This document shows, in pieces, positions 58,730-64,000 of a DNA stretch of 64,000 nt. Source of the DNA: Candidatus Omnitrophota bacterium (GTDB lineage Bacteria; Omnitrophota; Gorgyraeia; Gygaellales; Profunditerraquicolaceae); contig JAHJCJ010000069.1 of assembly GCA_018812825.1 (NCBI GenBank), forward strand, positions 3,825 through 67,824, read 5' to 3'. The notes under the pieces are model-generated. The model was not told where the DNA came from and did not search any database. It was given only the letters and a program-made list of their open reading frames with translations. Numbering within the stretch: position 1 is the first letter of the stretch; each line of letters opens with the position of its first letter. The position numbers and the translations under genes were made by a program.

Positions 58730-59468
58730 TAGGTATTCCTTTTTGCAATAAAGCTCTGAGCTTCTCTAAATCTTCCAGGGTATCCACGCTCATAGTGTCA
58801 AATTTAGTTTCGATCACCTTAATTTTAAAACCTTCAGCCAAAACACGCAACTGCTCCAATTTCTCCGTCTTCTCAAGATTAGAAACAGGCAGGTTCTTAT
58901 AGGTAAAAAGGAAATCCTTGGTATAACCGTAAAGGCCGATATGTTTATAATAAGTTGCCTCTTTAATCTCGGCATTCGGTGCTAAATACGGGATGGGCGC
59001 GCGTGAAAAATACAAGGCAAGGTTATTTTTGTCCACCACTACTTTTACCACGTTTGGATCAACAATCTGCTCCGGGTCTTCGATTTTCTTCATAATTGTT
59101 GCCATGCTGAGAGACTTATCTTCTAATAATGCCCGCGCGACATTATCAATCATCATCGGATTAATCAACGGTTCGTCTCCTTGAATATTGATCACAACCT
59201 TTACATCCAAAGGATTAACCACCTCGCTGATCCTATCAGTACCACAAGTATGCTCTTTGGAAGTCATCACGGTTTTAGCCCCGAACTCAATAGCTGCCTT
59301 TTGGATTATTTCATTATCACAAGCAATAATCAGATCATCGAGCATACGGCTTGCCTTAGCCCGTTCCCAGACATGCTGCAGCATAGGCTTACCCATAATA
59401 TCAGCCAGCACCTTTGCTTGGAATCTAGTCGATAAATACCTCGCGGGTATAACTCCGATTACATCCAT
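58716..59468 (-). CDS. kdsB: CMP-KDO synthetase
   Basis: IPARY.STRF, GTDRI, NIQGDEP, YFSR, HIG.Y, LEQLR. Confidence 0.97.
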   Translation of the reverse strand: MDVIGVIPARYLSTRFQAKVLADIMGKPMLQHVWERAKASRMLDDLIIACDNEIIQKAAIEFGAKTVMTSKEHTCGTDRISEVVNPLDVKVVINIQGDEPLINPMMIDNVARALLEDKSLSMATIMKKIEDPEQIVDPNVVKVVVDKNNLALYFSRAPIPYLAPNAEIKEATYYKHIGLYGYTKDFLFTYKNLPVSNLEKTEKLEQLRVLAEGFKIKVIETKFDTMSVDTLEDLEKLRALLQKGIPNASA

Positions 59469-59469
59469 T

Positions 59470-60483
59470 TTATTTGATCCTCTCTAAAAGTTCCCGGGAA
59501 TTTGTTACCGCCGTTCCCAATTTGCCTACGACAATGCCTGCGGCGAAATTAGCAATATGCGCTGCCTCTAGCTTTGAGGCACCCACGCAAAGAGCCAAAG
59601 TAAAACTGCTAATTACCGTATCCCCTGCCCCCGATACATCAAAAACCTCCTGGGCTACAGTTGAGATATGCGTCAGAAGGCCATTTTTCTCAAGTAATTT
59701 CATCCCCTGTTCGCCTAAAGTCACTAAAATAGAATCCAAATTTAAATACTCCATAATCTGCCGGGCCGCTGAATCGATATCTTTATCCGTAAACAACCTG
59801 TCAGCATTAATCTTAAACCTGTTATTTGTATCTTTTATCTTAAGATTCCTGATGGCATTCTCCAGTTCCTTGCGATTAGGCGTTATTGAAGTCACCCCGC
59901 AATAATACTGAAAATTCTCTTCTTTAGGATCCACAGTAATAATTTTCTTATGCATCCTGGCTAAAGAAACAAGCTTGCCAATAAGCTCCGCATTAACTAC
60001 TCCTTTACCGTAATCTTCAATAATAACCGCGTCAAATAACCTGATATTCTTTTCAATATATTTTAAAATTTTTAAATTCAATTCTTCCGGAAGGTCATGC
60101 GTATGTTCCCAATCCACCCTTACTACCTGCTGATGCCCGGCAAGGATGCGCGTCTTTACAGTAGTGTGCCTTTTACCCTCTATAAAAATACCCTGCGTAT
60201 TAATCTTTCTTTTCTTTAACTCAGCGAATAATATTTTGGAATTAGCATCATTACCCGCAACTCCCAACAAAGAAACCTCTGCGCCTAAAGAACGGATATT
60301 ATTAGCAACATTGGCCGTGCCTCCAGGTAAAAATGTACGTTTGTTTGCCCAAAGCACAGGTACCGGGGCTTCCGGAGAAATCCTCTCAACGCTACCCCAT
60401 ATATATTCATCCAGGATCAGATCCCCAATAACTAAAATCTTTGCTTTATTAAATTTTCTGATTATTTTTCTTAGATTCCTCAT
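59470..60483 (-). CDS. rfaE1: D-glycero-beta-D-manno-heptose-7-phosphate kinase (HldE kinase domain only)
   Basis: RISPEAPVPV, DYGKG, TPN..E, VFDVSGAGDT, VGKLGTA. Confidence 0.94.
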   Translation of the reverse strand: MRNLRKIIRKFNKAKILVIGDLILDEYIWGSVERISPEAPVPVLWANKRTFLPGGTANVANNIRSLGAEVSLLGVAGNDANSKILFAELKKRKINTQGIFIEGKRHTTVKTRILAGHQQVVRVDWEHTHDLPEELNLKILKYIEKNIRLFDAVIIEDYGKGVVNAELIGKLVSLARMHKKIITVDPKEENFQYYCGVTSITPNRKELENAIRNLKIKDTNNRFKINADRLFTDKDIDSAARQIMEYLNLDSILVTLGEQGMKLLEKNGLLTHISTVAQEVFDVSGAGDTVISSFTLALCVGASKLEAAHIANFAAGIVVGKLGTAVTNSRELLERIK

Positions 60484-61409
60484 ATCTTTTCAATTATGGC
60501 CTGCGCCAAAAGCGGAAGCATTATCTCATGATGACCAATAATGTAATACCCCCGGCCTCCTGAATTTGTCGGACGATTTACCACGTTCTGCGCAGGGCGG
60601 TACTGATAAATCATATCAAAATTAGCAGTAGTAAAATCCTTAACCTTATTCCCAAGGTTACGCGCTAAATTAAGCGCTTTTAAAAATACTTCGGGTAAAA
60701 GCACCGCCGAACCAAAATTTAAGACCACTCCCCCCTGATTTAACGAACAGATATTCTCGGTAAGAGTATGAAAATCACGTAATGAACCTTCGGCGGTTGA
60801 GCAGGCATCAAATGAAGGATGCTGGTGAATTATATCCGTACCAATTCCCACAAAAACACACACCGGAACTTTATATTTATAAGCATTATAAAGTAGGCTT
60901 AAGTTCTTATATGCTAACTCCCCTTCGGAAATCTTTTTGGCCACCGCGCTTCCTAAACCTAAACCTTCGGCTACCCCCTCCTTAACCGCCTGATTAATAA
61001 AATCCGCAGTTTCTTTACCCATGCCAAAACTACCGTTTTTAAGGTTTGCCGCAACATCTTCGGAGGTCTTGCCCTGAAAAGCAATCTCAAAATCATGGAT
61101 GATCCCGGCGCCATTAAGGCAGATACAGCGGATCACTTTTTTCTTGATTAACTCAATCAACACCGGGTTGAGTCCGCACTTAATTACATGCGCGCCAGCC
61201 ATAAAAATTACTGCCTTATTTTTCTTACGGGCTAAGGCAATATCCGAAGCAACCGCGCGTAAGTCTTTAGCCTTTAAGATATCCGGCAAGGAGCTTAAGA
61301 AACCACGAAAGCTCTTAAGCTTAGCCGGGGCAAGCGCGAAATCCCCTTTATTCACCTTGCTCAGCCGCGTTTTAATAGAATACCTTTTTACCTTATTTAG
61401 ATTAATCAT
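60480..61409 (-). CDS. Conserved hypothetical protein, deoxyhypusine-synthase-like fold
   Basis: GAHVIKCGL, NGAG.IHDFE, G.TSEDV, GSAV.LPEVFLKA, GHHEIM. Confidence 0.75.
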   Translation of the reverse strand: MINLNKVKRYSIKTRLSKVNKGDFALAPAKLKSFRGFLSSLPDILKAKDLRAVASDIALARKKNKAVIFMAGAHVIKCGLNPVLIELIKKKVIRCICLNGAGIIHDFEIAFQGKTSEDVAANLKNGSFGMGKETADFINQAVKEGVAEGLGLGSAVAKKISEGELAYKNLSLLYNAYKYKVPVCVFVGIGTDIIHQHPSFDACSTAEGSLRDFHTLTENICSLNQGGVVLNFGSAVLLPEVFLKALNLARNLGNKVKDFTTANFDMIYQYRPAQNVVNRPTNSGGRGYYIIGHHEIMLPLLAQAIIEKI

Positions 61410-61417
61410 TACAGAGA

Positions 61418-61436
61418 TCCTTCGCTTCGCTCAGGA
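61418..61436 (-). repeat. REP-like mini-hairpin
   Basis: Minus strand TCCT-GA-GC-GAA-GC-GA-AGGA (GCGAAGC core with tandem G.A). Confidence 0.75.
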
Positions 61437-61494
61437 CATTAAGCCCTTGATCTTTAATGCCAAAGGCTTAATAATTTTATCACAATTAAAGATT

Positions 61495-61555
61495 AATTCA
61501 AGCACCTTATAGTCTTTATCTAGCGCAGTCCCTGTGAGCGTAAGCGAACAGGGAC
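61495..61555 (+). repeat. Structured intergenic element A3 (partial family-A member)
   Basis: AATTCAAGCACCTTAT-N10-TAGCG followed by GTCCCTGT-GA-GC-GTAA-GC-GA-ACAGGGAC. Confidence 0.75.
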
Positions 61556-61581
61556 AAACCTAGTCATCAACGTTATAAAAT

Positions 61582-63603
61582 CTATTTAATTTTCAAAATT
61601 GATTCAGCGGCTGAGAGCACATCCTCAACACTGATTGCCCTAAGACAGGCAAACTCTTTCTTACAATTATGCGCCAGGCATTGAACGCAACCTACGTCTT
61701 TATGCAGGTATTTATCCTGCCTGCCTAACGGCCCCCAGCGCCGCGGGCTAAGCCCAGGTTGATTACGCCCGAAAATAGAAATAACCGGAATGCCTAAGCT
61801 TGAAGCAATATGCACTGGCCCGGAATCATTAGAGATAAATAAAACACATCTCTTAAGAATACTAGCCAACTGGTTTACTGAGGTCTTGCCAGATAAATTT
61901 ATTGCTTTATCGCCTATTTTATGGGCAATCATGTTTGCAAGGGGGATATCTTTAGGTCCGCTTACAACTAGAATCTTAAAATTATGCCGTCTGGCTAATA
62001 TTTCGCTCGCCTGTGCAAAATTACTTGCCGGCCAGATTTTTGAAGGACAGCTTGCCCCTGGATTAATCGCTAATAACTTATCCGTTTCTTTAATGCTGTG
62101 GCTGGCGAATAAGTCCTTAACCCACTGTTCTGATTCCGGTCTTGTAGGCATAAATAGCTCCTGCGCATTGCCGTTTACGCCTAAATCACAAAGTAAATCC
62201 AAGTTATATTCCGCCTCATGCTTGAGACCTTCTTGCTTTGTATGTGCCTTTACAAGATTATTCAAGAAACCAAACTTACGGTTATAACCTAAGCGCCTGG
62301 GGATACCCGCCAAAAAAATTAGCAGGTGCACACGGTTAGTAGGATGTAAAATTACCGCTAAATCAAATTTCCTCTTTTTTAGCCTGCTGGCAAATTTAAG
62401 GCTACGCATCCAACTCTTATGTTTAATATCTTTATCATAAATTATAACCTCATCCAAATATGGGTTGCCTTCCACTATGTCCCGGGCATAAGGAGAAACC
62501 ATCATAGAGATATAAGCCTGGGGATACTTCTGCCTTAAGGCCTTAATTACCGGAGTAGATAACAATACGTCTCCTATGCGGTCAGTGCGCACGATAAGAA
62601 TGCGCCGATAGATATTTTGACAGGTATCCTGGACGCTCTCATTTTCTTTGCCTGTAAGTAAATAACTTATTTGGCCAAGCACGTCATCAACCTTCAGGCA
62701 AGATAAGCATGTAAGGCTAGAGAAACGGCATAAGGCCTTTTCGCACGGCCGGCAAAATATATCTTTTTTAATAACTATTTTTTCTTGTGACCACGGCCCG
62801 TATTTATTTTCATCCGTCGGCCCAAATATAGCACCAACCGGCACATTCAAATAACTGGCTAAATGCATTACCGCACTATCATTAGTAATTAAAAGTCTGG
62901 ATTTTCTTAACAAAGCAGCCAATTGGCTAATTGAAGTTTTAGCGCAAAGATTAAGTATCTTTTCCGAAGTTGCCTGACAAATATATGTACATATAGGCTC
63001 ATCGGTTTTATCTCCTACCAAAACTACATCCCAGTTTTCTTTGATAAGCCGGTTGCAAAGCTGGCTAAAATTCTGTTTATCCCAACGCTTAATCTGGCTT
63101 CTTGCTCCGGGAGCAATCACTATTATTTTAGCGCTATCAGATAACTTTTTTTGGTTTAAAATACCTTCAATATATATTACATCTTCGGTCATAATAACTA
63201 ACGATTGCTGTTTTTTGCTCCGTAAAGGATAGTCGGCAAAACAGGCCCAAAACAAATGTTTGTCTTTCATATGCTTGAACTTACCGGGTATAAAACGTAA
63301 CGCTGAACTTCTTTTTTTAGCAGGCAGGAAAGCCCCAAATAAGCTGTTGCGTAAATCAACGACTATATCAAACTCTTCTTTGCCTAAAGAAAAAAACAAT
63401 TTTATCTTATCTATTAACTTAGCATGTTTATCAAAAACGATTATCTTTTCTACTGCAGGATTATTAATAAATATCTCTTTAGGCCGTTCAGGCACAAGGC
63501 AGCTAATCCTGGCTTGCGGGTATTCATTACACAATGCGTCTAAAACCGGAAGAGTCAAAATACAGTCGCCTATATTGCTTAAGGTTATAAAAAGTATCTT
63601 CAT
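61582..63603 (-). CDS. Tandem double-domain GT9 LPS heptosyltransferase (WaaF-like)
   Basis: Two full repeats: IGD..L.LP...NDSAVMH..IFGPT and DRIGDVLLSTP...NDSGPVH..IFG. Confidence 0.9.
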   Translation of the reverse strand: MKILFITLSNIGDCILTLPVLDALCNEYPQARISCLVPERPKEIFINNPAVEKIIVFDKHAKLIDKIKLFFSLGKEEFDIVVDLRNSLFGAFLPAKKRSSALRFIPGKFKHMKDKHLFWACFADYPLRSKKQQSLVIMTEDVIYIEGILNQKKLSDSAKIIVIAPGARSQIKRWDKQNFSQLCNRLIKENWDVVLVGDKTDEPICTYICQATSEKILNLCAKTSISQLAALLRKSRLLITNDSAVMHLASYLNVPVGAIFGPTDENKYGPWSQEKIVIKKDIFCRPCEKALCRFSSLTCLSCLKVDDVLGQISYLLTGKENESVQDTCQNIYRRILIVRTDRIGDVLLSTPVIKALRQKYPQAYISMMVSPYARDIVEGNPYLDEVIIYDKDIKHKSWMRSLKFASRLKKRKFDLAVILHPTNRVHLLIFLAGIPRRLGYNRKFGFLNNLVKAHTKQEGLKHEAEYNLDLLCDLGVNGNAQELFMPTRPESEQWVKDLFASHSIKETDKLLAINPGASCPSKIWPASNFAQASEILARRHNFKILVVSGPKDIPLANMIAHKIGDKAINLSGKTSVNQLASILKRCVLFISNDSGPVHIASSLGIPVISIFGRNQPGLSPRRWGPLGRQDKYLHKDVGCVQCLAHNCKKEFACLRAISVEDVLSAAESILKIK

Positions 63604-64000
63604 AATTTCCTGGTTTTCCTGACTTCTACCAAAACATCATCAGGAACAACTGCTTTCATGCAACGATTATCCTGACAATTTACTTTATAACATGGAATCA
63701 GGCAACCAGTATCTTTCTGTAAAATAACCACATTGGTATCCGGATACGGCCCGGTAATTTCTTTGGCTGTCGGGCCAAAGATTGCTATTATCTTTTTAGC
63801 TCCCACGGCATTGGCAATATGCATTGGCCCGGTATCCGCGGTAATAAACAGATCCGCCCTCCTGGCTAGCGCGCCTAAATGTTTTATATTAAAAACTCCG
63901 CAGGCAACTAAAGGCTTCTCTTTCATTCTTTCTTTTATCTGATTAGCCAACGGTAGATCAGAGATACTGCCGGTAATAATTACCTTTGCGCTCATTGCAC
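63600..64000 (-). CDS. GT9 family heptosyltransferase (5' end outside the window)
   Basis: DTGPMHIA.AVG, IFGPT, C.PC...C...CM C-terminal pattern. Confidence 0.88.
   Translation of the reverse strand, partial: AMSAKVIITGSISDLPLANQIKERMKEKPLVACGVFNIKHLGALARRADLFITADTGPMHIANAVGAKKIIAIFGPTAKEITGPYPDTNVVILQKDTGCLIPCYKVNCQDNRCMKAVVPDDVLVEVRKTRKL

Overview
A 64-kb chromosomal segment from an anaerobic diderm bacterium. Gene content (Wood-Ljungdahl genes, Tad ATPases, LPS genes, very long co-directional gene runs) suggests Candidatus Omnitrophota/PVC group, which is inference only. All ~62 credible CDSs are on the minus strand. In transcription order (right to left) the window holds: LPS core/Kdo/Lpt genes; tig-clpP-aminotransferase-serA; a probable Re-citrate synthase and purA; a glycogen-branching pair; uppS-cdsA-dxr-rseP-ispG; two orphan CpaF/TadA ATPases flanking proS; rimP-nusA-infB-trpS-scpA-ruvB; queuosine genes; trmD-rplS-rnhB-yraN; and a C1/Wood-Ljungdahl block (fchA, folD, metF, Moco genes, a three-subunit formate dehydrogenase, fhs, cooC, cooS, cooF). 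No rRNA, tRNA, CRISPR array or transposase was seen. The most unusual signal is non-coding. At least seven intergenic elements of 20-170 bp differ in sequence but share structure: long stems whose mismatches are mostly tandem G.A pairs, GNA/GNNA loops, and compensatory base changes between copies. They fold on either strand regardless of transcription direction and often abut stop codons. Two of them form an inverted pair around an AT-rich orphan gene with a HEPN-like RxxxxH motif, inserted between queA and tgt. All structures were paired by eye, not computed.
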